A stretch of DNA of 64,000 bases, taken from the NCBI RefSeq assembly GCF_009914755.1, contig NC_060932.1; one strand, written 5' to 3'. Positions within the stretch are counted from its first letter, which is position 1; the number at the start of each line of letters is the position of its first letter. Source of the stretch: the human T2T-CHM13v2.0 reference genome, Homo sapiens. This document shows, piece by piece, positions 15,816-35,579 of this stretch. A program made the translations under genes and the position numbers. The notes under the pieces are model-generated. The model ran no database searches. It had not been told where the DNA came from and saw only the letters and a program-made list of their open reading frames with translations.

Positions 15816-16130
15816 TTTTTTTTTTTTTTTTTTTGAGATGGAGTCTCGCTCTGTTGTCCAGGCCGAAGTGCAGTGGCCCAGTCTTGGCTCACTGCAACCT
15901 CCACCCCACCAGGTTCAAGTGATTCTTGTGTCTCAACCTCCTGAGTAGCTGGGATTATAGGTACCTGCCACCATGCCCAGCTAATTTTTCTATTTTTTTT
16001 TTTTTTAATTAGTAGAGACAGGGTTTTGCCATGTTGGCCAGGCTGGTTTTGAACTCCTGACCTCAAGTGATGTGCCCGCCTCAGCCTCCCAAAGTGCTGG
16101 GATTACAGGCGTGAGCCACCACACCCGGCC
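15816..16130 (-). mobile_element. Alu (AluS)
   Basis: Full Alu; TSD TGAGACTTT. Confidence 0.93.
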
Positions 16131-17059
16131 TGGTGAGACTTTATTTGGAGGATCCAGTTAAGCAGTTTTATTACCTCTGTAATCTTAGCTTGCAGCATGT
16201 AGGTCATTGACATTGATAGTTATACATCTTTTCAGAGGGAGAAATAGAAAATATTATGACGAATTTTGACCTGTTTTCTTTGTTACTTGTTGAATATTGT
16301 CAGACACAGAACCCAAAGAAGCTATGTATAGATACCAGCACTCTGGTAGAAATACACGAATGTAATTTTTTTTTCTCCAAGTATTTGGTTTATTCTACTA
16401 CTTCTGGATTTGGTTTTTCAAAATATTGATTATTATCCTCAGGAACATTTTTAATGTGAGTTATCAACAGGATAGCTTTTTGTAAGTGGCTCAGTTGTAG
16501 AATCTCATTTTGGAGCCATCTCTGCCAATCCAGCTTGTTGCATGTGAAGGCAAGCTGTGGGTCAGAGCACAGAAATGTTTACAGAGGCTTTCCTAAGCCT
16601 GGAGGCCTGGAGAGATGTGAAGGAACAAATAGAGCATACTTATTTTGATAGTGGTTTAAAAAAATTAAAGAATTACACACCACATAGAATGCTTAAATTC
16701 CTGAAAGTTTCTCAAATAGGGTGCAAAACAAATAATAGCTTGCATATGCTGATAGTTGCTTGTTCTTACATCTTTGCTAGAATATGAGCCCATAAGGACA
16801 TAGTCTATATCCTGTTAGTCTCTTAATACTCAGCAGGATATAGCATCACAAACAAAATAAGTGCTCAGTAAATATTTTCTGAGTAAATAAGAGATGCATT
16901 AATTTCCCTTTTACTTTTTCAGTGAACATGTTTAAAACATTTTTGGTGCTCTTAACCATCACTCAGTAATGATGGAATCATCATCATGTACTTCACTTAT
17001 TTTTGAATATTCTTCCAAAACTTGAGAGACTGTCTTCTTTCAGTAAAAGATGGATTCTC

Positions 17060-17345
17060 TTCTCCAAGGCTGTGCATGGCAGCGCAGTGTTGCTAAAGCA
17101 TTGCCCCCAGAGCCAGATGCCTGGGTTCAGTCCCATCTCTGTTACTCACCTGCTCTGTGGGTTCCATGGTGTTGAACAAATTACTTAATATCTGTGCCTA
17201 TACTTCTTTGTGTATAAAACAGGAATAATAATAATAGTACCAGTCTCCTCAAAGGGTTTGTGCTAATTAATTGAGTTGAAACATGCAAAGAGTTTAAGAT
17301 AGTACCTCATATATAGAAGTGCTCAAAAAATGTTAGCTATTTTCT
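17060..17345 (+). mobile_element. MIR
   Basis: GAGCCAGATGCCTGGGTTCAGTCCC...ACAAATTACTTAATATCTGTGCC...AAGTGCTCAAAAAATGTTAGCTATT. Confidence 0.75.
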
Positions 17346-18980
17346 TCAGCACCAGCTTGGGTGAGGGTCATGTCTGCATATTGACTGTGCTTTGTTCTGC
17401 AGCTATAACTTGGAGTAGGTCTCTCTTACCTGCCTCCTCTTTGCCCACTCCCAGAGACCACCATGTGTCTTTAATGAAAATGACCCTCAAAACTCTGGGA
17501 CAGTCCACACTGTGTTTCTTGTTGGACTTACTGACCACAGGCATGCCAGAGCCAAAATAGAGTCTTGGGCAGGGGGTGAGTATAGGAGTATAGCCTTTTC
17601 TAAAAGCTCCTTCAGTGATTCTGAGCTGATGGTCATCCTCCCATTGAGAACCTTTGTTTTGGGGGTGAGATGTAGGCCATTAGCATGAAATTGTGCTCTG
17701 TCATCTCCCCCAGGAGGCAGAAGACTGAGTTCTGCGGTCAGAAATGCCCGCTTGGGGGATCTGCTTCCTCAGTTTTCGAGAGATGCTTTCCTCATCTCCA
17801 GTATCATTAGAACCTTCCTGAAAGAACTGAGATCTTTGTGAGCTGCGATAGGGTACTCACAGCTGTCATTTATTGAGCATTGTGACCTCTTTTTAGATTG
17901 AGTTTTCTATTTCTCAGTCATATGGAAAGCTGAAAAGAAAGTATATTTCAGAGAGCTCTAATCATGTCTTTATTGCGGAGGCAGTAGATTGGGAATTACA
18001 GCTCATTTGGGTGTAGCATCCCCGGAGAAGGAGCCTTGCAGTGGAAAGAAGATAAAAGGGTCCCAGTGGCGGGAATAAAAAGAGTACTAGATGCCCAGAG
18101 GGTGGGAAAGGCCTAGCCCAGATGCAGTGTGGCCAGGCCAGCTAGGGGCAGGAGGAAAGAGAGCTGCAGGGATACAGATGCCTTCCTGAGCAGAGAAAAT
18201 AGAATACTTGAGCCAATTTTCATGTAAAATGGATTATTTTCCTGGCGTTTCCTGTCCTTCAAGTAAAAGGTTCTGGAATGAGTACTTCACTGCTGTAATG
18301 GAGACACTAATATTTTATGAATGCAGTTTTACAGTTTGCAGTAATGCCAGGCCTTTGGCTGTTTTCCATTAGATGGTGCACTTGGCTGGAAGCATATACT
18401 CTTGTAGCTTTGATTTTAAATTTAACTTTCAAGTTGAAAGAGCAGTGACTCATCCAAAGGACAGGTGATATTTATTTATTTTTTCTTGAAAATGCAGCAC
18501 GGGTATGTTGTTATCACACGTTTAGGGGAATTGCCACACTTCCTCGAGGATGACACCCTTTGTAAATATCCATGTAAATCATTTCCATTGTTCAGACCCG
18601 CTGTACGCAGAAAGATAGGCCCTTTAGTGCCGACCAGCCGGCCAGTGAGCTCTGTAAGATCGAAGGTGCCCTTGGTTTCCAACACAGCTGTTTCAGTGAT
18701 CTGTAATTGCTTTGATAAATCACTTTTGGCAGAGTGTACCCAGAGCTGGCAGTGGCGGGGATGTGCTCGTTGTAACAGGTGTGCGGTCCATCAGCAGATG
18801 TTGCTTGATGAAGCCATTTAAAAAACAGCTGCCTGTTGATAGCCTAACAGTTGCTTTCAGCCCCCATTAGCACGTTGTTTTTTTCTTGTTATGTATGAGA
18901 GAAAATATTTCTACAGAAAACATTAAATAGGATCTTCAAAGAACTCCATCTTTTTAAAAATGTGTTTTATTTGTTCACTA

Positions 18981-19563
<583 letters not shown>

Positions 19564-19929
19564 TTAAATAGTTACAGCTGCTAGCTCCTAAGGTCTATCT
19601 TACTATCTGCACCGTTTGCGGGGAGTCAGCTTAATGATAGTAAACTGTGCTAAATGGGTCTAGAAATATCCAATTAATCTGTTTGAGATATTCGGAAACT
19701 CAATAGCTTGCTGAAGTAGCAAACTTGAATCCTTATTTTTATTTTAAAAGGGAGTAAAGGGACTGTAGATAAGTAAAAGATGCTCTGCACTGCGCCTCTC
19801 TGGTACCAGTCCCTCTCGTTTAGGCAGCGGCCACTTCCCGCGGAGCTGTTCACGCCAAGTGACCCTGCCACTGCGCTGCTCCCACCACCCCATGTCCACC
19901 CCGTCCTCGGACGCCTGGTCTCAGCACAT

Positions 19930-20260
19930 CACCGGTATTCTCTTCCTCTTACCAGTAATTAGTTTGAGACTGTGACTCACTTCTGTCCAACAAGATGTGA
20001 AGGGAAGTCTTCCTGGGAGGTTTCTGGAAAGCGTTCTCTCACTTGTGATAGCCCTGGGAAGAAATGCTCCCCGGGTCCTCAGAGCTTTGTTGTGGCTGGA
20101 CGCATCTTCTGGAACTGCGACAGCGGAGGAGGAAGCCAAGAGAGTGAACCAAAACAAGGAAGGGCGGAGGGCGGGGGAGGCCTGCAAACCTTACGGCTTA
20201 TTTCCACTGACATCAGAGACTCATGTTAATAAGTAACAAGCGGCTTTGTTTGTTATGCTC
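19930..20260 (+). mobile_element. Old ERVL/MaLR LTR fragment
   Basis: TGTGACTCACTTCTGTCCAACAAGATGTGAAGGGAAGTC...TTCTGGAAAG resembles the LTR33/LTR16/MLT1 core; family uncertain. Confidence 0.45.
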
Positions 20261-20381
20261 CTCAGACACGCGGTAAGGGAGACACACAGAAATGCACAGC
20301 TGTACGTATTTGTCTTGAAGGCTAGAATTTACTTTAAATGTGAGTGGTTTTCCCAGGAAAAATTTATGTCTGTTCTCTTGA

Positions 20382-21368
<987 letters not shown>

Positions 21369-22087
21369 CTCAATTATATTTATTTCTTTGCCTTTCCTTA
21401 CGTCTTTAACTCTTCACACTTTTAAAAAAGTTATTGCCTTCCAAATAATATTTAGGAATATAAATTATTTGATATTAATCCAGGGTAATTTCGATTTGTT
21501 TTTAAAAAAGGGGAATAAAAACATTATTATTCAGAAGGGGTTAAATACAATGACAAAAACTGCAATTCAGAATTAATGAGGCGTTATAATAGGGTTTGTT
21601 AAAAAAATTATGAGGTATTTAAAATAGATTTTTGGCATATCCTTTTGTGACTTTTGGATAGACTTAAGACTTAGTTTATATATCAATAGTGAGTCTGTAT
21701 AGGAAAAGAATATAATATTCAGTGACTGTCAAACCAGTGACTGGAGCAGCTTGGTATGAAGCGCTTCTTATTCTGGTCTCCCTAATCAGTGATTTTCAAT
21801 TTTGAAAACTTTTTTTTGAAGTTGTGTTGTTTTATTTTTCTGCAGAAATATCTTCTGCTTTTCATTTTAAAGTATATTTGCTATTTATTTGCAATCTAGT
21901 TCTCATCATTAAAAGCAGTACTAAAATCTTATCCCAGAATTTATAGGTTGTGTCTTTTGTCCTTTTTTTGTTTTTAGTATTTTTCTGTCACTTTACTTCC
22001 TCAGGTGAAGTTTTAACAAAAACGAGGGACCATGGATAGGAAAGTAGGAATGAAACAGTTTACAGGGTTGAAGTTGTGGTATAATTC

Positions 22088-22390
22088 TTTTTTTTTGTTT
22101 TGTTTAAAGACAGGGTCTTGCTCTGTTGCCCAGGCTGGAGTGCCGTGGCGAGATCATAGCTCACTGCAGCCTTGATTGCCTGGGCTCAAGTGATCCCTCC
22201 AGCCTTGGCCTCATGAGTAGCTGAGACTCCAGGCAGGTGCCACCATGCTCAGCTAATTTTTTTTGTTTGTTTTAGAGATGGGATTTGGCTGTGTTGACCA
22301 GGCTGGTCTTGAACTCTTGGCCTCAAACCATCCACTCGCCTGGGTCTCCCAAAGTGCTGGGATTATAGGCATGAACCACCATGCCTGGCC
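22088..22390 (-). mobile_element. AluJ
   Basis: GATCATAGCTCACTGCAGCCTTGA diagnostic. Confidence 0.9.
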
Positions 22391-23399
22391 CATGGAGTAA
22401 TTCTTGTGGAGTTGGAAGGTAGAGGTGTGTACGTGTCTGTTTCTCAAAATAGTAGCACTAGCCAGGAAATCCATGAATTTGCATATTTTTCCCCAAGTTC
22501 AGCCCATTTGCTTTGGTGAGTTTGGGGTTATACTTAGAGTGGGTAGTATAAGGAGTTTCTGCCCTACACCTTAGCTTAAGCAATTTGAGCACATTGCTTT
22601 TTGAGTTCACCACCAAGGATCCAGAGCTCAGAGGCAGTCTTTCCTGTGCAGATAAGAGTGCACCCTGCCTGCACCTCACGGTCTTGGGCTCTGTGGCTTC
22701 TCTCCTCCTGCCACTGCCCCTTATTGTGGGTAGGCTGGAATTCCCTATGGTCCTTTGTTTGGGGAAGGGGGATGCTTGGATGTTCCCGGGTGTCACCTGT
22801 GCATGCCCCCTATGCTGTCCTCCCACCTGCCCTGTCCTACAAGCATGACCTGCACCCTTCTCCCACACACCCAGACCGCAGGCTTATTCTTACTCTCCCT
22901 GGCCAGCCCCTCTTCTTGGAGAGGAGAAAGGATGATGTGAAAATAATATCTAACATTGGGGCTCCCCAGCGACTTCCACAAGGAGCAAGGAGCTAGGTGC
23001 ATGTGTAGACCCCATGGGAGCTTTAGTGTTAGATACCGAGTTTGCTAGATGAAACATCTTTTTAATTGAGGTGGTGCAGATGTATTGTTTGAACACTTTA
23101 GACACTAATGATGAACTACTTGGATGTACATTTTTTTGGTTTTTTTTTTTTTTTGCTATGAAAATTAGAAAAAATATTTATCCAAGACAGTAAGTATTGA
23201 AAACTGATACTGGTGCTGTATGGATCACTATTATTGTATTATTTGAAACTGTTTGGAAAAGGTATTGTAGTTTTTAGAAAAACAAAGCAACCTGAATATT
23301 AAAAGTCTGTGAATTTGAGTAAAAAACAGTCCACATAAGGGAAAAAATATATAAGGAAGGACAATGAAGTTTTGAAACTGTTACTATAAGAAAGCTAAA

Positions 23400-23688
23400 G
23401 GCTGAGCACAGTGGCTCATGCTTGTAATCCCAGCAATTTGGGAGGCTGAGGCAGGAGGATCGCTTGAGGCCAGGAGTTCAAGACCAGCCTGGGCAAAGGA
23501 GTGAGACCTCATCTCTACTAAAAATAATTTTTTAAAAATATTAGTTGGACATGATGGTGGCCACCTGTGGTCCAAGCTACTAGGGAGGCTTGAGACCAGG
23601 AATTCGAGGCTGCTCTGAGCCGTGATTGTACCACTGCACTCCAGCCTGGGCAAGAGTGAGACCCTGTCTCAAAAATAAACAAAAAAGA
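23400..23688 (+). mobile_element. AluJ
   Basis: GGAGGATCGCTTGAGGCCAGGAGTTCAAG. Confidence 0.9.
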
Positions 23689-24669
23689 AACTTAAAGATT
23701 TTAGTCTCAATTTTCTACATTGAACCCATCTTTAGATCATAGCATGTATAAAATTAAAAATGGGGGAATATCAACATTATTATATTTAATGCTATAGCTT
23801 ATTATTGTATTTAATAAGCTACTTGTTTAAAGATCTGGGGTCTCTTGGGTCCACAGACTGAGTCTTTCTGAAGGTGCTTTACACGATGTAGCTGCCAGGG
23901 ATCTAGGTCATATAATATCCTCAGGATGGGATTTGAAGACATTTTTCCAGAATTTATCTTTTGTCATATTGGATTTTATTTTTAAAAATTTCCTCTATAG
24001 TCAAAATTTATATAAATATATGATTCTGATAGTACCATATATATTTAGATGGGCTTATACTGGGCGTGAACAAGGTTAATAATCTTTGTGAATATGTGGG
24101 TTATCTCCTTATTTTACTTATTCTTAAGGAAAATTAATTTCACTGTTTACCAAAGAACTGATAGCTAAACCCAAAAGATTTCAAAGAATGTTTTGTTTTT
24201 GAAATGTTTCTATTTATCACTAATAAAACGGGTATATCTGTTTAAGTTGACCTATCTTTGGTCTTACTAAAACAAAATCAGCTAGACCATTTCCCAAATA
24301 ATCATGCATTCAATACTCTTTTTCTCTCTCTCTCCCTGCTCCCTCATCTCTACTCCTTTAGAACTTTCAGAACATTCTTTTGTGTAGATACAGTGTTTCA
24401 TGTCTGTTATTGTTTCTCACTGGTCGTTGGATTCTTTCATGTGACCACCTTTTTCACGTTTGCTCTGATTGCCTTTGGATGCGCCTAACTGTGTGCTTTT
24501 CCTGTTAAGGAAAAGAATCCTGCATGTTTTTTTCTCATCGAATAACAATGTTAAAAACAGAAAAGGGTTGTTTTTCTTCTTTGCAGTAGGCATTCTGTAG
24601 TAGATACCTTGACATACTTAAATTTGTGAGATGTGTCTAGACGAATGGAAGAGTAATATCTCATATTAA

Positions 24670-25076
<407 letters not shown>

Positions 25077-26953
25077 TCTGAGATCCTCGTACTTTTAAAT
25101 AAAATGTTAAGATACATGCTTTATGCTTTTGCTGCCTCTCATGTTTCATGAATACAAGTAAACCCATGAGTAACTCATGAATACACATAAACTTCTGGGC
25201 CTCCAAACGATGCCCTGCCAGTGGCCATGCCACAGGAATCAGAGGCTGTACTTCACTTTGTGGTTGCTTTATTATTCCACCATTATAAGCTTTAGTAGAA
25301 AATGTAAAGAGGGTTGTTAAACTGAAGGAGTGTTGTCTCAAACTGAAGGAGAAAAGTAGTGTTGGTGCTGTAAGATGTACATAAACTAAGGGGTGTCTTT
25401 TCTACCATCCAGTTAGCAATTAGGAAAGTCCTTCTTTGCTCATACCATTCCAAAGGGAGTCATCTTATTCTTTCTCTAAATTTCCTTACAATGGAGGCTG
25501 CTACAGTTTAAGTATCGAAGGTCCTTTTTTTTCAGATTTCACCTGCAGTGCCTATAAATTTGGGGGAATGCCTTTTTTTGGGGGTGACCAACATACTCAG
25601 TGGATCTTGGACCTACCACCAAGTGACCTTCCTTGCTCACCTGTAAGGCTGAGAACACCGTAAGCAAAGTACCAGGCTTCTTTCCCCAAGAGGGCTTTGT
25701 AAGCGTTGGCGCCATAAAATCAACCTGAGGACTTAGGTGGCTGGTTATTTCTGAGTAAGTGAATATCACTCTCAAATACGACATTCCAGCAAAGGCCATG
25801 GTTGCATAGCCACTGTTTTTAGTTATGTCCTGGTAACTAGGAAGATGGATTGTTTTTTAATCTATGCAAATAATTATATTGCGCTGAAAAAAATGATACT
25901 CAATTACAGTTTCACAATTCTGGAGGGATCAGGCAGGGATAATAAGATACCATTTCCAGATGTTTCCTTTCTGTTTATAAAAGCATAGTCGACTGAATTG
26001 TTAGGAGATACAGGCAGAGGGAGAAGAGAAAGGGTTCCTTATGTATCCAGAATATAGAGTGTTAAAATAGCAACAATACTGTAAACAAAAGCCGCAGTCC
26101 TCCTTCAGTAGTTCATCTGGGCCTAGTCATTAATTTTTGTTCCACTTGATCTTGGGTTAGCAGTCTCATGAATCCGTCTGCTTCTCAATGAGGGTTATAG
26201 AAATCCTCTTCCCCTGGTGGGGTCTCAGCATTATTTAGACAATGCCATAAGAAGCCTGTACCCAAAAGTACCCAGTATAGTTCTTCTCCACGGGGCTCTA
26301 ACACAGCCCCCTCTTGGTCGAAGGTAAGTCACTCTGGCCTATAGCTAATTGCAGATGCTGATCAGGGAAGTGTCAGAGAAACACAGAAATCTGTAGGTGA
26401 CAAAAGATTTTAAATGGCTATGGTTCTCGTATTACTGATAATTTTCAAAACTAAATTTATTGAGAGTTCATTACAACAGTACTGGCAACTGATAAGTAAA
26501 GTTAGTTATGGTGTGCAAAACAGAGTCAACCCGAAAAAGTTCTAGATACAACATCTAGAAACACCATAATTAACCTTATTTTAAAAGAACAGTGGATGTT
26601 ACATCTAATTTATAAAAATGGAAGAACATAATCTTTACAGAAAAAATCTTCAGATATAACAAAATAGTCCCAAGACATAATATACAATGAATATGCCAAG
26701 CATATAATTAGAATAGACCAAGAATATCACATCAAGAGGGTTATTTTAGAGGGGACATAAACACCTATGTATTAATAACATATATTTAACCTAGGGCTGG
26801 CTATCTTTTTTGATGTGACAATTTGTCCCATATAACTTATCAATAGTAACACATCAAATGGATCTCCTAATTATTTCAAGCATCTGTTTTTTATTAAAGT
26901 AAAAGCACAAATACTTTTTATTTTCCAGGTATGTCTGGGGAATCTTAGACAGT

Positions 26954-27260
26954 TTTTTGTTTTGTTTTGTTTTTTTGAGATGGAGACTCACTCTGTCACC
27001 CAGGCTGGAGTGCATTGGCCCGATCTTAGCTCACTGCAACCTCCGCCTCCTGGGTTTCAAGCCATTCTCCTGCCCCAGCCTCCCAAGTAGCTGGGATTAC
27101 AGGTGCCTGCCACCATGCCTGGCTAATTTTTGTATTTTTTAGTAGAGATGGGGTTTCGCCATGGTGTCCAGGCTGGTCTCGAACTCCTGACCTCAGGTAA
27201 TCCACCCGCCTCGGCTTCCCAAAGTGCTGGAATTACAGGGATAAGCCACCATGTCCAGCC
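26954..27260 (-). mobile_element. Alu (AluS)
   Basis: Full Alu; TSD AGACAGTTTT. Confidence 0.93.
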
Positions 27261-27739
27261 TCAGACAGTTTTAAGTACAAAATATATCATTTAGGATTTG
27301 ATTTGCGGAAGGCAAAATATCAAAAATTATCAAGAAATTTTGAATACCTGATTCCAATAGGATCATGTAACTTAGAAACAATTTTTGACTACCTATTTAA
27401 TCAAAGTGACTGTAAAAGGTTTTAAAAGTAAACAGAGAGGTAACATGATTGTAAAGAACCTTAGCTCTTTCCTAAGAGACACGAATTCTTGAATACTCAA
27501 GGGTAAAATAAAGTCAATATAAACCATAGAAGGTTATTCTCATAAAACACAGAATCTTTGGAATCTAAGCCAATTATACAGAAAAAAGAATAAGCCTTTA
27601 TTTTTTAGGTGAATGTGGTAAACAGTAAACCAAAGAAACAGGCTCATCAATATTGGGTAAACTTTTCTTTGTTTTTAAATGTTTAGTCTTTAGTTTTAAG
27701 AGATCATCTGCATTTTTTCTGTAATAAACTTAAAAGATA

Positions 27740-28955
<1,216 letters not shown>

Positions 28956-29207
28956 AAAAAAAAAATTGCACCACTGCACTCCAGCTAGGGCAACAGAGCA
29001 AGACCCTGTCTCTCAAAAGTAAATAAATAAATAATTTAAAAAATTATTGTTAAAAAAAGTTTGTCAGGTTAATGATTCAATTTGATTAAGCACAAATTTA
29101 CATTTTTTCATAGTCTTAAACTTTAGGAGTAACGTTCACTTATTTGATCAGTAAATCTGTATAGCTTTTGTAAGAACATGTAAAAGTAGAATAGCAATGT
29201 ATAGTGT

Positions 29208-29345
29208 GGCTGGGCACAGTGGCTCATGCCTATAATCCTAGAAATTTTTGGAGTCCAAGATGGGAGGATTGCCGAGGGCAGGTATTTGAGACCAGCCTTG
29301 GTGACATAGCGAGAGACCCCATCTTAAAAAATAAGAATAATAATA
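29208..29345 (+). mobile_element. Alu left monomer (FLAM/AluJ-like)
   Basis: Monomer with A-rich tail; a separate Alu 3' fragment lies at 28966-29035. Confidence 0.8.
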
Positions 29346-29954
29346 CTTAATGCTGACAACTCATAGAAGACATGACTATTTTTATTAAACCCCAAATATT
29401 CAACTAGTCTCATTTGCCAAATATTTACCTAAATGTGTGAACTTGAATTCTTAAAACATTTACGTTTCTATAGGAATACTTTTTTTAGTGCTGTTGAAAG
29501 TATTATTGGAAGTTCAATTTCCTTAATTTCTGGGAATTTTAGGAAGATTCAATTTATAGGTGTCTCTTTATTTCTAAGCCAGTCAGAACAGAACATCCTT
29601 AAGAGCTATCACATTCTCACTTGGTAAGACCATCTCATGATGGTTATCCCAGGATGAGAGACAATAGCTGCTTTGAAAGTTCCCCTGCCACACTGGGCTT
29701 CCAGTACCAGTGCAGCTAATGACCCTGCCCTAACAGCAAATGCTGGGGAGCAGGGTGCAAGTGTTTACTTGGGTGCCCTTCACGGGCACTCCTTTTACGT
29801 GGTGGACAGCCTGATGCTTTGTTCTCTAAACCAGTATCAGGCATTCCTCTCATGGGAGATGTGCTTATCCTGGCAGACGCCCTTGTGGCTCTTTTCTGAC
29901 CCCTCTCCAGTTTATGACTGCCTGACCATCGCTCTGGTGCTCAGAGCCTGCCCT

Positions 29955-30955
<1,001 letters not shown>

Positions 30956-32085
30956 TCATAGACCAAACTTAAAAGCAGAAATATAAAATTTTACTCAGAT
31001 GTCTACTTCCTGATGGCATGAAATTCTTAATTGTTTTGAAACCAAAGTAGAAAAGCAGACAAACGAAAAATACTAGCAAATCAGATTCTGTTATCTTTCA
31101 CCCAACAGAGACAAGATCTCTATAAACCAGCAGTCCTTCCCCAAATACGTAGTATACAAACCGCTTCATGTCTGTCATTTTCGTCAACCCTGGGGTCCTT
31201 CAAATGCCTTTTGTTCCTTCTCATTTACTTCACCTTGACTTTTCAAGACATATTGGTTATACTACACAGTTGGTTACATTTGAAGTATTTCATGTAAATT
31301 ACAAAAGTATATGAATAATGTGAATTCATTTTTGTTTATATATGTATATGCATGCATACACATACACACACACTCCTATAGAGTGAACATTTGGCTGAAT
31401 ATACTGCCAAATTGTTAAACAATAGTCATTTCTAGCTGGTGGAATTACAGGAAAATTTGTGTTTCTGATTATATATTTCTATAGCATTTAAATTTTTTGC
31501 AAGTCAGCGTGCATTTCTTAGATAAGCAAAAAAAAAATTAAACATTTTATTTAAATTTTTTTTCAATTCCAGTTAATAGCAGATGTCAATAGAACAAATA
31601 AGTTCCCTTATCCATGCTTCTGTATGTGGGGGATTCACTTGACAGGTGCAACAGAAGCACAAGCATTATTGTGCACCTGTGTCTGAAATGAGAATGAGGC
31701 TGCCTAGAAGTCTTGAGAAAAGTGGCTGACGAGTCTACAAAAACACCCTTCTTACCCTTTCTCACTTTGAAGTGCATGAAGACGTTGACACACTTGGAGG
31801 TCTGCTGGCTAACTGGTGGAACAGATTCCTGGGGGAAATTTTTTTGTTTTGCTCTTGTACCTCATGTCTGGATTATTTTGGATTGCTTTGGGGACAGTAT
31901 CTGAGTTTCTATCTCTTGGCCTGTTTTTTCCAGGAATATAAAGGTTTTTTTTCTTTGACATATGCTTAAATGTTTATTTTTAAGTGATGTAACTTTTCAA
32001 AAAACTTATTACAGTTTATTTCTGTGGGAAAAATATTTTTTATGTTTTTGACTGTTTTTTGTTCCTTCTTGTTTGAAATCTCTAG

Positions 32086-32123
32086 CCAACAAGAACATTA
32101 GTCATGACAAGCATGCCATCTGA
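32086..32123 (+). CDS. MCPH1: MCPH1 exon 10 (38 bp)
   Basis: Pyrimidine tract and TCTAG| acceptor, GA|GTAAGT donor; encodes PTRTLVMTSMPS(E), the start of BRCT2. Confidence 0.95.
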
Positions 32124-33474
32124 GTAAGTACTTGTTTTGATTTCTGTTCAATGTAAAATGTTAACCTTTTCTCTCTTATACTCTAATTCTGGGTGCCTTT
32201 AGGCAACTTGTCAATCTGTCCTGTATCACTTTTACTTTATAAAATTAATATCTGAGTTAGAAGATCACTGAAAATTAAACATGTACCAAATGTGAGCGAC
32301 TTAGCCTTGAAAACTCTGGGGTTGTTTAGGCAGCATTAAGAGGTGTGTGCTCGTTTTGGTGTTCTTTTGCTTGCTTGATACCAAATAGCTTCATGAATGT
32401 TCAAGAAGTGGAACATCATTGACCAAAACATTTCCCTTAAAGGTCTTAAAGCAATACTGCAGCAGAAAGCTTTCCACAGCAGTGTTAAAGTTGCTATGTA
32501 TGCATTTTGTGGAAGGGTTAATAGCTTGTTGGCATGCTCTTATCATCTCCCTTAAACATTTAACACAACAAAGAACATCCAACAAAAATACAGTGCTATA
32601 TTCTTTGCAACAGATTTTTGAATTCCTGTTTAAAGGGGAAAACCATGTTTTTGATATCAATCATAGGTTTTAAGGTTTTAAGACATCCATCAAAACATTG
32701 GAACATTTCAGTGAAAAATATGCTGCAGAGAGGGCACCTTTAGAACATTTTCAGTAGTGGGATCCTTTTCCTGCCTGGGGCTTAGAAATAAAAGCACTGA
32801 TCATCAAACACCATACATTATATAGTGAAAAAGGGGGTCACTCAAAATTTTTGTAAATATATTATGAAATATATTGAACATTCTAAGTAGTCTAATACAG
32901 AAGCGAATATTGAATATATGTGTAATATTTTTTAAAGTCTTTGTATTTTTCCAAAATAAAAGAAAAATTACTAGTTAACTGCTTATTTTCTCATTCAAGA
33001 TTTAAAAATAAAACTTTTCATTTAGGCCATCTTCTTGTCTTACTCTTTTTTTCTCCACATGGACTTCTTGTGATACTTAAGAATAAGACCTGGACATTCT
33101 GATTTTATGTGGATTAGCTGAGCCTTGCAGAGACACTTGTTACTTACTGGCACATCCAGCAAGCAGCTGCCAGCCTCAGGATGGAGTTCTAGGGAGTGTG
33201 TAGTTTAGAGCTTTTTACTTTTTGTTTTTGTTTTTGTTTTCTTTTATCATTTTTGCCTTTATTTCTTTCCAAGTTTAATTATTTTTCTTGACTCAAGCAC
33301 ACATTCTCGGGTTGAAGTAGTGATGAGGCCCAGATCTTGACTCACACATCTTTTCTACCCTAAGGATCTCTTAAGAATTTAAAAGCATGATATAATTCAG
33401 CCCTTTCATTTTACAGATAAAGAAACAGGTTTTGAGATGGACATACCTAAGATCACTAGAGATAAAACTAAGAA

Positions 33475-33778
<304 letters not shown>

Positions 33779-33856
33779 AGGAACACCATCATTTGGAAGG
33801 AAGAGTGTTAGAGGCAGTCTGTATAAGCATAGACAATAACCTCTTCCCCTTTGTAA

Positions 33857-34125
<269 letters not shown>

Positions 34126-34589
34126 GTTGTATATATCACAGTGTGGCTTAGAAAGCCCTCCATTGGGGATTTTTTAAATTTTCTGGGAGAGAGGGAAAAC
34201 TAATGTCAGAACTAATGGCATAGAAAGGTTATTATAAAAGGGAAGAAAGAACTGAGGGTTGTTTGGTAAGGAAGTTGGACGGAAAGAATATATTTTTTTA
34301 AAGGATATTTTAAGTATTAAGGGAATGACAGAGCAGGAGATAAGCCATAATGGTCATGAGCTTTGTGACAAATAGGTCCCAGATTTGATTTGATGATTTA
34401 ATAAAAAGGGTCTTTTTTCCCCTCTTAGTAGAAAAACTATGTGTTGATACTCAATAAATATTACATTTTCAAAATAAAATAAGTGAGGTTCTTGGTTCTG
34501 AGCATGCACAGATAGGTTCAAATAGGCCTGAAAAACAAATCATTGCCCCAGTGGGAAGAGTGTTGGTCTGATGTCAGGGGCCTGGTTCC

Positions 34590-34902
34590 TTTTTTTCTTT
34601 TTTCTTTTTTTCTTTTTTTTTTTTTGAGACGGAGTCTCTCCCTGTCGCCCAGGCTGGAGTGCAGTGACACGATCGCGGCTCACTGCAACCTCCACCTCCC
34701 GGATTCAAGCTATTCTGTCTGCCTCAGCCTCCTGAGTAGCTGGAACAACAGGCGCGTGCCACCACGCCTGGCTAATTTTTGTAGTTTTTAGTAGAGACGG
34801 GGTTTCACCATGTTGGCTAGGCTGATCTTGAACTCCTGGTGATCCACCCGCCTCGGCCTCCCAAAGTGCCGGGATTACAGGTGTGAGCCACCGCGCCCAG
34901 CC
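34590..34902 (-). mobile_element. Alu (AluS)
   Basis: TSD AGGGGCCTGGTT. Confidence 0.94.
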
Positions 34903-35177
34903 AGGGGCCTGGTTTCTGATGCTGGCTCTGTCCCTACCCAGCCCAGCCACTGTGGGAAGCCATTGACAGCCTGTGGGCTTGTCTTCTCAGCCATTAAAAT
35001 AGAATTGAGATCTGAAGTTTATTTCCCCAGGTTTCAAAGCATTGATTATAAGTCAGTTAAGATATACGTACCATAACCAAAATCAGTTTCAAATTTTGGC
35101 TTTCTAGTTTTATTAGTACTAATATTGAGTGTAACTGCTTTGATGGGCATGTGCAACAAAGTCATTCATTTTGTTAA

Positions 35178-35579
<402 letters not shown>

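Noticed and set aside
18430-18900. Possible enhancer (AP-1 TGACTCA) and 118-aa ORF
   Set aside because: A 7-mer is expected by chance several times in 64 kb; the ORF has no recognisable motif
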